From positions 6,683-70,682 of IMG/VR virus record IMGVR_UViG_3300038393_000327: a DNA stretch of 64,000 nucleotides; one strand, written 5' to 3'. How positions within the stretch are numbered: the first letter of the stretch is position 1; each line of letters opens with the position of its first letter. The notes under the pieces are model-generated. The model did no database searches, was not told the DNA's origin, and saw only the letters and a program-made list of their open reading frames with translations. Both the position numbers and the translations under genes were made by a program. This DNA is from a virus. Its lineage: Duplodnaviria > Caudoviricetes. Shown piece after piece: positions 27,171 through 37,778 of this stretch.

Positions 27171-27835
27171 TCCCTGGTATTCTCGGTATTAGTGGTTTGA
27201 TTTCTTCGGAACGATCCGCAGCGTTCTTAACTAGTGCGTCACTTGGAAGTGGTACAAATCCTAGTGGCTCTTTGAGTTTTGGAACAGTAGATAGTGTACG
27301 TAGAATTGTGTGTGGTGTGCACTGGGTTGAAGGTGGATTTCATAGAACTCTGAATAGTGCTACTATTGGCGGTGTTGCTGCTACTATTCATGTTAATGTC
27401 GGTCATAATGGTGGTTCAACTGGATTAGGTGCTGCAGTTATGAGTGCTTTGGTCCCTACAGGAACTAGTGGAACAGTAGCTTTAAGTTTCAGTGGAACTG
27501 TAAATGATTCTTATGTCTCTACTTATAGGATAGTAGGTATGTCGTTGACTGATACAGGAAGTGACGAAAAACAAGTAACTACCGGACAATTATCTGTTAC
27601 TCTAACTAGTGCATCCAACGGAACTATCATTGGAGCATATACTGGTTCAACTAATACTCATACCAATGGTATTACTTGGAGTGCCAATATGAATGAACAA
27701 TATGATGTTGATTTTTCTAACAGAGCGGGTGGAGCGTTCGCTACAGGATTTTCTTCTGGTTCTCAAATCATTACAGCTACTCAGGGTACTATTTCTAACT
27801 CTGGTTGCGATCTCGCTGTCACTTCATGGGGTTAA
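27167..27835 (+). CDS. tail fibre distal/partner protein
   Basis: 222 aa, coupled to the fibre gene. Confidence 0.65.
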   Translation: MIPGILGISGLISSERSAAFLTSASLGSGTNPSGSLSFGTVDSVRRIVCGVHWVEGGFHRTLNSATIGGVAATIHVNVGHNGGSTGLGAAVMSALVPTGTSGTVALSFSGTVNDSYVSTYRIVGMSLTDTGSDEKQVTTGQLSVTLTSASNGTIIGAYTGSTNTHTNGITWSANMNEQYDVDFSNRAGGAFATGFSSGSQIITATQGTISNSGCDLAVTSWG

Positions 27836-27836
27836 T

Positions 27837-28292
27837 ATGAAGAAGACACAAAGACAATCAGATAATATTATAGATGTCCGTGATCACACTTCTTCAATTC
27901 CTAAATCTCAACGCAAAGATTTGATGTTAGATAATATTGAGATCAAGAAAAATAATAAATCAAGACAAGATTATATTGATAATAATCCAACTCCCAAAAA
28001 TACTCCTTTTAAAGAGCAAATTGATGCTATCGAAAAATCTGGAAAACAGGCTTCCGAAGCTAGAAAGAAGCAAATTGCTGAGAATATAGGAGATTTATCT
28101 AGAACTAGATGGAATGGTGATAGTGCTAGACATCGGGGTCCGGCAAGATCAACCACTAGTGGAGAAGGAGATTTAAAAGATAATGACCCTTACACTACTC
28201 AACCTAGATGGCAATCTTTACCAGATACATATACCTCTCAAGTCACTCCTGGAGAGTGGAGACAAAGATTAAAGAAAGATAGTGGAAAATGA
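27837..28292 (+). CDS. hydrophilic protein with C-terminal YTSQVTPGEWR motif
   Basis: start re-placed at ATG 27837 after the upstream stop; 151 aa. Confidence 0.65.
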   Translation: MKKTQRQSDNIIDVRDHTSSIPKSQRKDLMLDNIEIKKNNKSRQDYIDNNPTPKNTPFKEQIDAIEKSGKQASEARKKQIAENIGDLSRTRWNGDSARHRGPARSTTSGEGDLKDNDPYTTQPRWQSLPDTYTSQVTPGEWRQRLKKDSGK

Positions 28293-28885
28293 GAATACTG
28301 AACAAAGATACTATAGACTTAATCAAGTCTTATGAAGGTCTAAGGCTCAATGCTTATCAGGACTCAGTAGGTGTTTGGACTATTGGCTATGGTCATACTT
28401 CTGCTGCTGGTAATCCTGCAGTAACTTCAGGTATGAAGATCACTAATCAACAAGCAGAAGACATGCTCCGTTCTGATCTTCGTAAATATCAAGCCTATGT
28501 TGAAGCAGTAGTTAGAGTTCCAGTCAACGATAACCAATATGGTGCAATGGTTTCTCTATGCTATAATATCGGACCCGGTAATTTCGCTAAGAGCACTCTC
28601 GTTAAGAAAGTGAATGCCAGTGATTGGAGAGGTGCTGCAGAACAGTTTGGAGTATGGAATAAAGCAGGGGGTAAGGTTTTAGCTGGTTTAGTCCGTCGAA
28701 GAAGTGCAGAAGCTGCTCTATTCGCTAAACCCGCAGGAAACACCCCTAGCGAGCCCGTACAGCCTGTTCCTGTTGTTCCTGCACCTGCACAGCCAGTTGT
28801 AGGGAAACCTTCTGAGAAGCCTCCTGTGACCTTAATAAGCATAATCATTGAATTAGTAAAAACAATCTTCGGAAGGAAATCATAA
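28289..28885 (+). CDS. endolysin, GH24 lysozyme
   Basis: EG...Y.D..G..TIGYGH, CYNIG, GL..RR..E. Confidence 0.92.
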   Translation: MRILNKDTIDLIKSYEGLRLNAYQDSVGVWTIGYGHTSAAGNPAVTSGMKITNQQAEDMLRSDLRKYQAYVEAVVRVPVNDNQYGAMVSLCYNIGPGNFAKSTLVKKVNASDWRGAAEQFGVWNKAGGKVLAGLVRRRSAEAALFAKPAGNTPSEPVQPVPVVPAPAQPVVGKPSEKPPVTLISIIIELVKTIFGRKS

Positions 28886-29178
28886 TGCCAGCAGGTCGGA
28901 AAGAAAAATATAAACAAATTAATGATACACCTGACAACAGTGTTACTCTAATTCGTAAGGATTCTAAAGCTGATACTGATTATAAGAATGAACAAAAAGC
29001 ATTCACTGAAGCAGCAGATTTTCTAGGTCCAGATACACAATTTAGGAAAAAAATTGTTGACCGTTCTTCTGCTGATGAAGTCGTGAATAAAATTAAACAA
29101 AAACGTTCTCCTTATACTTCTCAAGTCACTCCAGGTGAATTCAAATCTAAAGATAAAATCGACGGGAAGATGCCATGA
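28885..29178 (+). CDS. hydrophilic protein with C-terminal YTSQVTPGEFK motif
   Basis: 97 aa; TAATG coupling. Confidence 0.65.
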   Translation: MPAGRKEKYKQINDTPDNSVTLIRKDSKADTDYKNEQKAFTEAADFLGPDTQFRKKIVDRSSADEVVNKIKQKRSPYTSQVTPGEFKSKDKIDGKMP

Positions 29179-29354
29179 GAAAATGGATAGCTCAGAGATA
29201 TAAAGCCTTCGTCCCTCTAGTGATGGTAGGTATCTATCTAATCAATAAGCACTATGGTTGGGATTTACCTCTTTCACAAGATGATATTATTACTCTCCTT
29301 GGTGTTCTTATATCCATTGGAGTTCACCAAGTACCTAATCAACCAATGGATTAA
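29175..29354 (+). CDS. small 2-TM protein, holin candidate (not in ORF track)
   Basis: 59 aa MRKWIAQRYKAFVPLVMVGIYL...ITLLGVLISIGV; ATGA overlap. Confidence 0.6.
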   Translation: MRKWIAQRYKAFVPLVMVGIYLINKHYGWDLPLSQDDIITLLGVLISIGVHQVPNQPMD

Positions 29355-29356
29355 TC

Positions 29357-29725
29357 ATGTTAAAGCTGCTACTTAGTTTGGTCTCGGGACCGCTAACCCA
29401 GATTTCTAACGATCTAAAAGAGGCTTATCAAGCCAAACTAAATGCGGCGAATGATGCAGAGAGGATTGCCGCTGATGAAAGAATTAATCTATTGGAAGCT
29501 AGGAAATCAGTCATTATGGCTGCTCAATCAGACCCTCTGGAAAGACTGGTCCGTATTGGGTTTGCTTTCCCTTTTGTCGCGTACACATGGAAGCTAATCC
29601 TTTGGGATAAAATTCTAGGTTGGGGAGTGACTGATAGTTTATCTTCTGACTTAACTCAATTAATGTGGATCGTCGTTGGGGGATACTTCCTTGACACAAC
29701 AGTAAAGAGGATATTCAAACGATGA
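29357..29725 (+). CDS. GTA-type 3TM holin-like protein
   Basis: coiled N-half, then VRIGFAFPF..., WIVVGGYF. Confidence 0.65.
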   Translation: MLKLLLSLVSGPLTQISNDLKEAYQAKLNAANDAERIAADERINLLEARKSVIMAAQSDPLERLVRIGFAFPFVAYTWKLILWDKILGWGVTDSLSSDLTQLMWIVVGGYFLDTTVKRIFKR

Positions 29726-29940
29726 GCGAAGATGATTTCAAAGAAGATGAACTAATCGATATTCGTCTCCCACGCAAACAATATGAGACGCTTAAATTAA
29801 TGATTGAAAGAGAACAAGCTTATAATTGGTTCATTAACACGATAAAGAATAATTGGTTATGGGTAGTCGGTGGTGGAGTTCTTAGTATCTGGTTGTTATA
29901 TGACAAGTTTCATATCTTGTTCTCTAATGGAGTTAAATAA
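29722..29940 (+). CDS. small membrane protein
   Basis: 72 aa with C-terminal TM helix. Confidence 0.65.
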   Translation: MSEDDFKEDELIDIRLPRKQYETLKLMIEREQAYNWFINTIKNNWLWVVGGGVLSIWLLYDKFHILFSNGVK

Positions 29941-31613
29941 TGGTTGATGTCACATATAACCCACAAGATAATAATTACTATCTAGCAGATGGTACTAGAT
30001 GGGGTGCTGGTAGTAGCAACAACGACAAAAGCCAACTTAATGTTGTTAGTTCTTTCGATCCACCTGCTAATCCACCTGTTATTGACCCTAATAACCCTCC
30101 CCCTACTACTGTTGTCCCTGGTAAGCCCGCAGCCGGCACAGGTCAAGTCAATGTTGCAGATTATGCTGCACAACTGGTCACTGATCCTTCTAAAGCCCTG
30201 ACTAAAGATGATCCTAGTACCCCTGATAATGAGAGTATGTTCTTACAAGATCATGTCCAGAATATCGATGCTAATGCTCAGGGAACTAATATTACTGCCC
30301 CTCAACAAGGTCCTGATATACAAGGTCAGACTACTCAGGCTCAGACGACCACTGCACAACAAGTTGATCCTAGGGATGCTACAACTTATGATGCAGCCAA
30401 GTCACAAGATCAAGTAGAACAAAATGGTCAAGCTACTGCTCAACAAGGACAAGTAGATCAAAACCATCTGATTGATGCTCCACAAGAAGATGTCCAAGCA
30501 ATGGCTAATGGGCAGGGTCCTGTTGGTCAAGCTCTTAATGACTACGCTAAACAGAATCTATCTAATATCATTGATACTAGTACTCCTAGTGGTAAAGCGC
30601 TAGCAGAAGCTCTCGGTGATGGTAATTACGTAGATAGTAAGGCTACTCTTAAAGGCCAATTAGACACCCTACAGTCTGAATTCGTAGATGCCGATGGTAA
30701 TCCTAAAATTCCCGGATGGGCTGCTGCAACAGCACGTAATGTCTCTAAAATCGCTGCTTTCAAAGGTATGTCAGGCACTGCTGCTACGGCTGCCATGGCT
30801 CAAGCTCTTATGGAAGCTAGTATCCCTGTTGCTCAACAAGATGCTCAGTTCTTTCAAACACTCACTCTTAAGAACCTAGATAACAAACAACAAGCCACAA
30901 TCAACAAAGCAAACGTTCTTGCTAATTTCGAAATGACTAATCTCGATAATAGAATGACGGCTGCTGTTGAGAACTCCAAAGCATTCTTGCAAATGGATAT
31001 GGCTAATCTAGACAATAAGCAACAAGCAGAAATTCTGAATACTCAATCCAGAGTTCAATCAATTCTTGAGGACTCTAAACAAGAGAATGCTGCTCGTCTA
31101 TTCGCTGCTCAGTCCCAACAGGATATGGATAAATTCTATGACAGTTTGAATTCTAGTATCCAGCAATTCAATGCTGCACAATCAAACGGTATGGCTCAAT
31201 TTAATGCTGGTCAAGACAATGATATGTCTAAATTCAATGCTGATCTAGAAAATAACAGAGATCAATTTTATAAGAATATGCAATATAACGTGGATACTGC
31301 TAATGCTAAGTGGAGACAGACTGTCACACTACAAGACAACGCAAATCAATTTGAAGCTGCTGCTACTGATGTTAAGACATTGACCACGATTTCCCAAGAA
31401 CAATTAAATCAAATTTGGGATAGATCAGATGCTCTTCTAGATTATGCTTGGAAATCTTCTGAGAATGATCTAGACAGAAAGGCGTCGATTGCTATGGCTA
31501 AACTACAGTCTAGGTTAGCTGGACAGAATGCAGATAAAGCTGGATTAGGTTCTCTCCTAGGAACTATTGCAGGTAAAGGCGCGAGTTCATTACTCGATTG
31601 GGCTTTTGGTTAA
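29940..31613 (+). CDS. internal virion (ejection) protein
   Basis: 557 aa Q/N/A-rich with QFNA repeats; position after lysis genes. Confidence 0.75.
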   Translation: MVDVTYNPQDNNYYLADGTRWGAGSSNNDKSQLNVVSSFDPPANPPVIDPNNPPPTTVVPGKPAAGTGQVNVADYAAQLVTDPSKALTKDDPSTPDNESMFLQDHVQNIDANAQGTNITAPQQGPDIQGQTTQAQTTTAQQVDPRDATTYDAAKSQDQVEQNGQATAQQGQVDQNHLIDAPQEDVQAMANGQGPVGQALNDYAKQNLSNIIDTSTPSGKALAEALGDGNYVDSKATLKGQLDTLQSEFVDADGNPKIPGWAAATARNVSKIAAFKGMSGTAATAAMAQALMEASIPVAQQDAQFFQTLTLKNLDNKQQATINKANVLANFEMTNLDNRMTAAVENSKAFLQMDMANLDNKQQAEILNTQSRVQSILEDSKQENAARLFAAQSQQDMDKFYDSLNSSIQQFNAAQSNGMAQFNAGQDNDMSKFNADLENNRDQFYKNMQYNVDTANAKWRQTVTLQDNANQFEAAATDVKTLTTISQEQLNQIWDRSDALLDYAWKSSENDLDRKASIAMAKLQSRLAGQNADKAGLGSLLGTIAGKGASSLLDWAFG

Positions 31614-31623
31614 GAGGTAAAAC

Positions 31624-32352
31624 ATGGGCGTCACATTTGAAGATATGGTCGTTAAGTCTATGCGCTTGTATTGGAACAAGGCGAAAGACTACAATGGTAT
31701 GGCCTCAACAAAAAACAACAAATACAACAAAGACTATTTTGATGGTGTAGAGAAAGATATGCTTCCTGCAGGTCAGAAATACACTAAACCGACTCTTCCA
31801 AAGACTGATCTGTCGAATATCCCCGGAATGATGCCCAATCCAAATGGCCCTATTCCCGGTGAGAATTATACTTCTGATACTAAGAATTACCCTTGGCATC
31901 GTCCACCAGAAGTCACCAGTCTAGATCAAGGCATTAGTCTTTCAGCCAAGCAACTTATGGATGAAGAAAAGTCTTCTGGTCTATTGACCATGATGCAAAT
32001 GGGAACTCCGTTATCTCTATTGACAGATATGTTCGTAACATCAGGTATTGGAGCAGGTAAATGGACTCCTGACTTTGCTATTCTCTTAGCTGGTCCTGTA
32101 TCTCATATTATGATGCTTATGGCTAAGGCTCACGGAATTGAACCTGATCTTGGAATTGATCTTAAGAAAGACACTAAGACAATTTCTTACATGAAAGCTA
32201 TCCAAGGCGATCAAGAGAATATCGCTAATGTCTATAAAGCTCTAGATGATCCTGATGTCATTGCCCATGCAGAACAACAAGTTCAGGGTTTTATGGGGAT
32301 GGGCCAACAAATGAACCAACAACAAACTCCACCAGAAGAAGGAATTGAATAA
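31624..32352 (+). CDS. internal virion protein
   Basis: PIPGENYTSD..NYPW.RPP motif conserved in this phage group. Confidence 0.7.
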   Translation: MGVTFEDMVVKSMRLYWNKAKDYNGMASTKNNKYNKDYFDGVEKDMLPAGQKYTKPTLPKTDLSNIPGMMPNPNGPIPGENYTSDTKNYPWHRPPEVTSLDQGISLSAKQLMDEEKSSGLLTMMQMGTPLSLLTDMFVTSGIGAGKWTPDFAILLAGPVSHIMMLMAKAHGIEPDLGIDLKKDTKTISYMKAIQGDQENIANVYKALDDPDVIAHAEQQVQGFMGMGQQMNQQQTPPEEGIE

Positions 32353-34229
32353 TGGGATTTATGGCCGGATTTGGCTCTGCCTTCTCACAGTCCTTCCAGG
32401 CTGATCAGGATCGTATTGCTCAAAAAGACGAAGACACATTCCGTATGCAATATCAAGACTATATTTCTCAAAGAGATTATAGACAAAAATTGGATTTAGA
32501 GAATAAGAAAAATCTTCGTATGGCTCGTAGTATTGTTGCTGGTACAACAGGACAACCTCCTGAAGCTGTACAATGGGCTTATGAACAACTGTCTGGTGGT
32601 GCTTCCCCAGAGTATGTTCAGAAATATCTCAACGATAATCAAGCTACTGTAACTCCTAACACCACAACTAAACCTGGTGATGGCGCTACAGCTAATGATG
32701 CTCAACCTGCTGATCCAAGAGATAATCTATCTACTGCTGCTTCGTCTTCTGTTGACTCACAAATGACAGCATCAGGAATGAAAGCTCCTGCTTCTGGTGG
32801 TATCTTTGGTAATATCAAACAAGGTATGCATGACATCTTTAGTGGTGAAGGTAAAGCTGCTAGGACTAATGATAGATCAACTCAACGTATTGCTGGTGCT
32901 ACTGGTGTTGATCCTCAACAAGTCAAAGACACCCTTTCTGGTAAGAACATGCCAGGTGATCCTCTTGATGGTATGCCAAACACTCAGATTAAGTTTGCCC
33001 CTAAAGGTGCTACATTCCAACAACTTCAAGCGGCTGCTAATAATTACAATGATGCAACTGCTCTAAAAGTCTGGACTGATCAGAATGGTACTCCTGAACA
33101 AAAAATGTATGCAGACAACCTTTATAATCAGTTCAAACAACAGAAATCAAACGAAATCCGTCAAAATGCTTTTGCCCTTGATCCTTCCAAAGCTCCTCAA
33201 CGGGGAATGGTTAGAAACCCGAATGGTCTAGGATACAATGGTAAATTTGTCCAAGCTGATTACTCAGATGGTGATCCCTTACATCCTAAATGGATCGATG
33301 ACCAAGGACAAGAAGTTGACCCTAAACTAGTCCAACCCGTTGGTCAAAATCAGGAAGCTGATATGAAAGCTGTTGCGGAGGAAGCCTCAGAAGACATGAA
33401 GCCTTATGAACAGGCTAAAACTGATCAAAAAGCATTTATTCGTACTGCTAATGATTACATTACTCTCCTTAAAGACAGTAAGGGTAAGTATGATGCTAAG
33501 GCTATGGATATCACAGGTGACGTATCTCAATTCGTTGATCGTTGGAGACGCGCCGCTGTTAATATCGCTGATCTAGTGATGCCTCAAGGTGAAGTTCCTG
33601 ATGCTAGTTCTGCTGTTGCAGAACTAGATAAAGCTGAAGCTAAAGTTAGAAATGAACTTGCTTCTGGTAGACTTATCGATGCTAATTCTCAGAATGCATT
33701 AAAAGCTTCTCTAATCGATATTCAAGGAACTAAACTTGCTTATCAAATGGCTGCTCAAGCTAACGGTAGTACCAAAGGTATTTCTAATGCAGATTTTCAA
33801 CACTTTAAAGACGTTGTATCCGGTAATGGAAATCCTGTAACTGCCGCCAAAGCTCTTCAAATGTCAATCAAACAAGGTTCTGGTAATCTTGGAGATATGG
33901 AAAAAAATATCAAGACAGGTAGAGGCAAAGCTTCTTACTATAAAGGTAAGTATCCCGGTGCTCCTAATGGATTTGATATGGGACAGTCATTTGAAGATGA
34001 GTCTGCACAAGACCCAGAAATTGCAGCAGCATTAAAGAATATCAACGCTGATGCAGGTGAGGAAACCAATCCAGGTCAACAAATAAACACTTCTGAAAAT
34101 ATGCCAGAATGGGCGACAAAAGCTCAACAGCCTATTGTAGGATTGGATGGACAAGAAGTGGCACCTGGAATGTGGAAATACATGTCTCCTGCTCTTCAAG
34201 ACGCGATCAAGAAAAAGAATGGATTGTAA
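32352..34229 (+). CDS. internal virion (ejection) protein
   Basis: 625 aa, MGFMAGFGSAF start typical of ejection proteins. Confidence 0.7.
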   Translation: MGFMAGFGSAFSQSFQADQDRIAQKDEDTFRMQYQDYISQRDYRQKLDLENKKNLRMARSIVAGTTGQPPEAVQWAYEQLSGGASPEYVQKYLNDNQATVTPNTTTKPGDGATANDAQPADPRDNLSTAASSSVDSQMTASGMKAPASGGIFGNIKQGMHDIFSGEGKAARTNDRSTQRIAGATGVDPQQVKDTLSGKNMPGDPLDGMPNTQIKFAPKGATFQQLQAAANNYNDATALKVWTDQNGTPEQKMYADNLYNQFKQQKSNEIRQNAFALDPSKAPQRGMVRNPNGLGYNGKFVQADYSDGDPLHPKWIDDQGQEVDPKLVQPVGQNQEADMKAVAEEASEDMKPYEQAKTDQKAFIRTANDYITLLKDSKGKYDAKAMDITGDVSQFVDRWRRAAVNIADLVMPQGEVPDASSAVAELDKAEAKVRNELASGRLIDANSQNALKASLIDIQGTKLAYQMAAQANGSTKGISNADFQHFKDVVSGNGNPVTAAKALQMSIKQGSGNLGDMEKNIKTGRGKASYYKGKYPGAPNGFDMGQSFEDESAQDPEIAAALKNINADAGEETNPGQQINTSENMPEWATKAQQPIVGLDGQEVAPGMWKYMSPALQDAIKKKNGL

Positions 34230-34232
34230 TCA

Positions 34233-37208
34233 ATGGCTACAGATCAAGAACTCCAACTAGAGTATGAATATGCTCAAGCTAGAGCAAAAGCTGATGCTGA
34301 AAGAAATGCAGCCGCAGAAGCTGAAATTCAAGCCAACGGTCCTCGTAATTCTTCTGGTTCTCCTGATGACAGACAAGTGGCTAACGACCAAGTCAAGCAA
34401 GAAGAATACGACAATAATTACGTAAGTGGTATTGAGAATATTCCTCATAATACTATGCTTGAAGCTAAGGGTCTAGCTAAAGGTGTAGCTAACGCCGGTA
34501 TAGGTGTCCTTCAGACTGCTAATGCTGTGGGACACTCTATCGGTTCTGGTCTTGGTAGAGCTTATGATGCAGTAGCACCTTCTATTGGATTAAGTCCTCG
34601 CGATCCTGCTAGTGTTAAAGCTGCAGATGATCAAGCTTCTAAAGAGCAGAAATTTTTCCAAGACAATACATTCCAACAAACTACAGGCCCAGACAAATTC
34701 TTCATGCCAGCAGGTCAGGTTGCTGCGACAGTCGCTGCTGGTGGAGGAATTGGTGGTGCAGTTAAAGAAGCTGCTGCTCCTATTGTTGGTAAAATTGGTG
34801 GCTATCTAGCAGGGGCTGCTGCAGGGGGTGCCGCTGCCGCTAGTACTTTTCCTCAACAAGAGGGATTACTTGTTCGTAGTGATGGCTTTGTTGGATTTGG
34901 GATTAATCCAGAAGACAGTCCAGCCACACAACAGACAAAGAAATTTCTTAATCAGTCTATCGATAATATGATGCTTGGAGTCGTTGGTGATGGCGCTTAT
35001 GCTCTCGGAAAGAAGGGTAAAGAAGTCGTCACTAACGTGATCAAGAGTTTTACGAATCACGGTTCTTTATCTAAAATTCAACAACAGGCTGCAGAAGATG
35101 TCGTTGCTGTCTTTGGACAATTAGGAGAACATCCTACTGCTGAACAGCAACAACAAGCTGCCCAACAGGTTATCGACTTGATTGATAAGAACGGTACTGC
35201 TGTTTATGATTTTGGTGAAGGTGTAGGGAAGAAAGAAGTCAAAAGAGATACGATTTCTAGTATCACAAACGGTATGGACCAAAGTGATCCAATTGATAGA
35301 GCTATCGCTACTAGAATGGAAGCTCTCCGTTCTTCTGCTAAAAGAGGCAACGCCCCTAAAACTGCTGTGCAACTTCAAGAACCAGAGCGTGTTCTCAACG
35401 AAGGATTACAAGAAGCTCAGGCTGTAAGAGGCGGGGATACGGCCATTGATCAAACTAAACAAGTCTTACAAGATAGGGCAACACAAGAAGCAGGTGTACT
35501 GGATCAAGGTGTTCAGAATGCTAAAGATGATTTGGCTCAACAGTCTGCTGACTATACTGACGTAATTGCTAAAGACCCTACATTTGGTCCTGAAGTTCAG
35601 AAAGCCAAAGAAGGTGGCATTCCATTAGACATCAACAAGAAACAGCGAGAAATCAAAGGAACGATTGTTGATAAATCTAAGGCTGCTCTAGAAACAGATC
35701 GTAATATCCGTAATGCTGCGTATAAAGCCGTAGCTGATACAGGTGCTCCTGCGAACATGGATGAATTCATGCAGATTGTAGAGGATAATAAATCCACTCT
35801 TTCTCCTGAATTACAAAAAATAATCGAAGGAGCAGACGGTTCTTATGGGTATCTGTATAACAAAGTTCGTAACCGTCTCTCTAAAGAAATCGGTGATGCA
35901 CGAACCGCTGGGAAACCAGTGGATGGTCTTTACGCTCTTAAGAGAGATATTGATGAAGGTCAGATTGATTGGTTGACAGGTAAAGGTGGTCCATTTGGTC
36001 TCCCTGTTGAACCCGGCTCTGCTGATGATATCGGACAAATTGTAAAGAATGCAGCAGATAATGCTAAGAAAGTCAATACCGAATATTCTGCTAAGTGGAA
36101 AGATACTATCGGCGATGAATTGAGGAATAATTTCGATAAAAATCGAATGGCTCCAGGTTCTCTTCAAGAGAAAGGTAGAGACCTTGTTGATGCGGCTATC
36201 TCTAATCCTAATAGGAAAGAGAGTATTGAAAATCTCAGAAATATTCTTGGTCCTGAAGGTGAGAGTTTAATCTCTGATGCAGCATTAGCTAAGGCGACTC
36301 AAGATATCACTGCTGGTAAGGGTGCTAACTTTGACCAGATTACAGATAAACTTCAACAATATGCTAACTCTTTTGGTCCTAAACAAAAGGCGAGACTAGA
36401 AGGTTTCTTATCTGATCTCAAAGCTAAGAAGATGTCTCTCGAAGAATTAGGGGCTAAGATTCCTCAACTTGAGAAAGATGCTGCTGCTGAAAAGGAAGCA
36501 ATCTTCGGAGAACGTTTCCCCGGTCTATTTGAAAATGTAGGAGGAAAGAAACTCCCTAAAGATCGTGGTTATGAAGTCTTCGAAGATGCAATGAATGCTA
36601 AACAACCAACACAGTTGAAGGCTCTTATTAAACAGGCTCAGAAAAATCCAGAAGATATGTCTGGTATTCAAACTGCTTGGTTGAAATCTGCAGAGAAGAA
36701 AATCAATTCTAATCCTAAGAGTATCGGTGAATTAGATGAAAACTTCATTGATAATGGGAAACTAATTTTCGGTGAAGGGTCAGATGAAGTCAAAGCTATT
36801 ACAGGTCTCAGAGACGAAGTGTCAAAACTTCAATCATCTTTGAATAGACCAGGAATGGAGGGTCTTTCTGCAACAGAGAACCAATCCAATCTTAAAAGTG
36901 CTATCTCTCTAGTCCAAACATTCATCTTCGGTGTTCTCAATCCGACTGCTGCTAGAGTGAATAAGATCACTAGTAACCTAGCTAAATCATATAGCTCTGT
37001 TGATACTTCTCACCAAGCTATTGATAATATTCTTTCTGATAATCAAGAAATGAGACAGGCTATGGTCAATCTTATTAATAAATCTAAAAACCGTCTTTCC
37101 CCCGCTACGTGGAAACAATTGTTCACAGCAGGCGCAAGGTTAGGTCTTTATGAATTAAAGCCAGAAAAGGGTTTGAACTTTCAAACTAATAAAGCTCTTC
37201 AGAAATAA
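34233..37208 (+). CDS. large internal virion (ejection) protein
   Basis: 991 aa, Gly/Ala hydrophobic stretches near the N-terminus, last gene of the structural operon. Confidence 0.75.
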   Translation: MATDQELQLEYEYAQARAKADAERNAAAEAEIQANGPRNSSGSPDDRQVANDQVKQEEYDNNYVSGIENIPHNTMLEAKGLAKGVANAGIGVLQTANAVGHSIGSGLGRAYDAVAPSIGLSPRDPASVKAADDQASKEQKFFQDNTFQQTTGPDKFFMPAGQVAATVAAGGGIGGAVKEAAAPIVGKIGGYLAGAAAGGAAAASTFPQQEGLLVRSDGFVGFGINPEDSPATQQTKKFLNQSIDNMMLGVVGDGAYALGKKGKEVVTNVIKSFTNHGSLSKIQQQAAEDVVAVFGQLGEHPTAEQQQQAAQQVIDLIDKNGTAVYDFGEGVGKKEVKRDTISSITNGMDQSDPIDRAIATRMEALRSSAKRGNAPKTAVQLQEPERVLNEGLQEAQAVRGGDTAIDQTKQVLQDRATQEAGVLDQGVQNAKDDLAQQSADYTDVIAKDPTFGPEVQKAKEGGIPLDINKKQREIKGTIVDKSKAALETDRNIRNAAYKAVADTGAPANMDEFMQIVEDNKSTLSPELQKIIEGADGSYGYLYNKVRNRLSKEIGDARTAGKPVDGLYALKRDIDEGQIDWLTGKGGPFGLPVEPGSADDIGQIVKNAADNAKKVNTEYSAKWKDTIGDELRNNFDKNRMAPGSLQEKGRDLVDAAISNPNRKESIENLRNILGPEGESLISDAALAKATQDITAGKGANFDQITDKLQQYANSFGPKQKARLEGFLSDLKAKKMSLEELGAKIPQLEKDAAAEKEAIFGERFPGLFENVGGKKLPKDRGYEVFEDAMNAKQPTQLKALIKQAQKNPEDMSGIQTAWLKSAEKKINSNPKSIGELDENFIDNGKLIFGEGSDEVKAITGLRDEVSKLQSSLNRPGMEGLSATENQSNLKSAISLVQTFIFGVLNPTAARVNKITSNLAKSYSSVDTSHQAIDNILSDNQEMRQAMVNLINKSKNRLSPATWKQLFTAGARLGLYELKPEKGLNFQTNKALQK

Positions 37209-37253
37209 AAAAGCCCCCGGTATCCTTGAATGGACGCCGGGGGTTTCTTTTTA
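37207..37253. terminator. bidirectional terminator between convergent operons
   Basis: AAAAAAGCCCCCGG...CCGGGGGTTTCTTTTT. Confidence 0.85.
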
Positions 37254-37254
37254 T

Positions 37255-37389
37255 CTACTCTATAGACTGTAGTTCACAATAAATACAAAGAGCCATAGAA
37301 TACGCTGCTACATCAAATTTACCTTGCCATGCTGAAAACACAGAAATAAATAAACTCAATAATGAAAGAATTGACCAAAATAATACCAT
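37255..37389 (-). CDS. 44 aa membrane peptide (not in ORF track)
   Basis: TAATG overlap; MVLFWSILSLLSLFISVFSAW... Confidence 0.5.
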   Translation of the reverse strand: MVLFWSILSLLSLFISVFSAWQGKFDVAAYSMALCIYCELQSIE

Positions 37390-37775
37390 TATGCTGCTTT
37401 CTTATCTGCGAAGATTTTAAGATTTTGAATTACGGAATCAATATCTGAAAACTGTCTGACTCCAGGAAGTGAGTGGAATACTTGTTCCTTTTCTCCTACG
37501 ATCCAGACATGTTTCTTTAGTGCATATCCCATACCTAGTTCTGTATGCCTTCCTCCACCTTTCTGCAATGAGCCATAAGGATCAGTAAAGACAAGGACCA
37601 TCTCTGCTTTGATGACATCTTCCCAATCCATGACTGCGATATCTTCGAGAGATTTTCCTTCCTCATCACCGTTAGTCCACCGTGCTGTGACGATATGTCC
37701 TGCGGCTTCGAGTTGGTCTGCATATTCTCTAATCTCTTTAATTCTGGCATATCTACCAGCAGTATAAATCTTCAA
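37389..37775 (-). CDS. nucleoside 2-deoxyribosyltransferase-like protein
   Basis: KIYTAG...D.EDV..AE...F...GGRHTELG.A. Confidence 0.8.
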   Translation of the reverse strand: MKIYTAGRYARIKEIREYADQLEAAGHIVTARWTNGDEEGKSLEDIAVMDWEDVIKAEMVLVFTDPYGSLQKGGGRHTELGMGYALKKHVWIVGEKEQVFHSLPGVRQFSDIDSVIQNLKIFADKKAA

Positions 37776-37778
37776 TCA

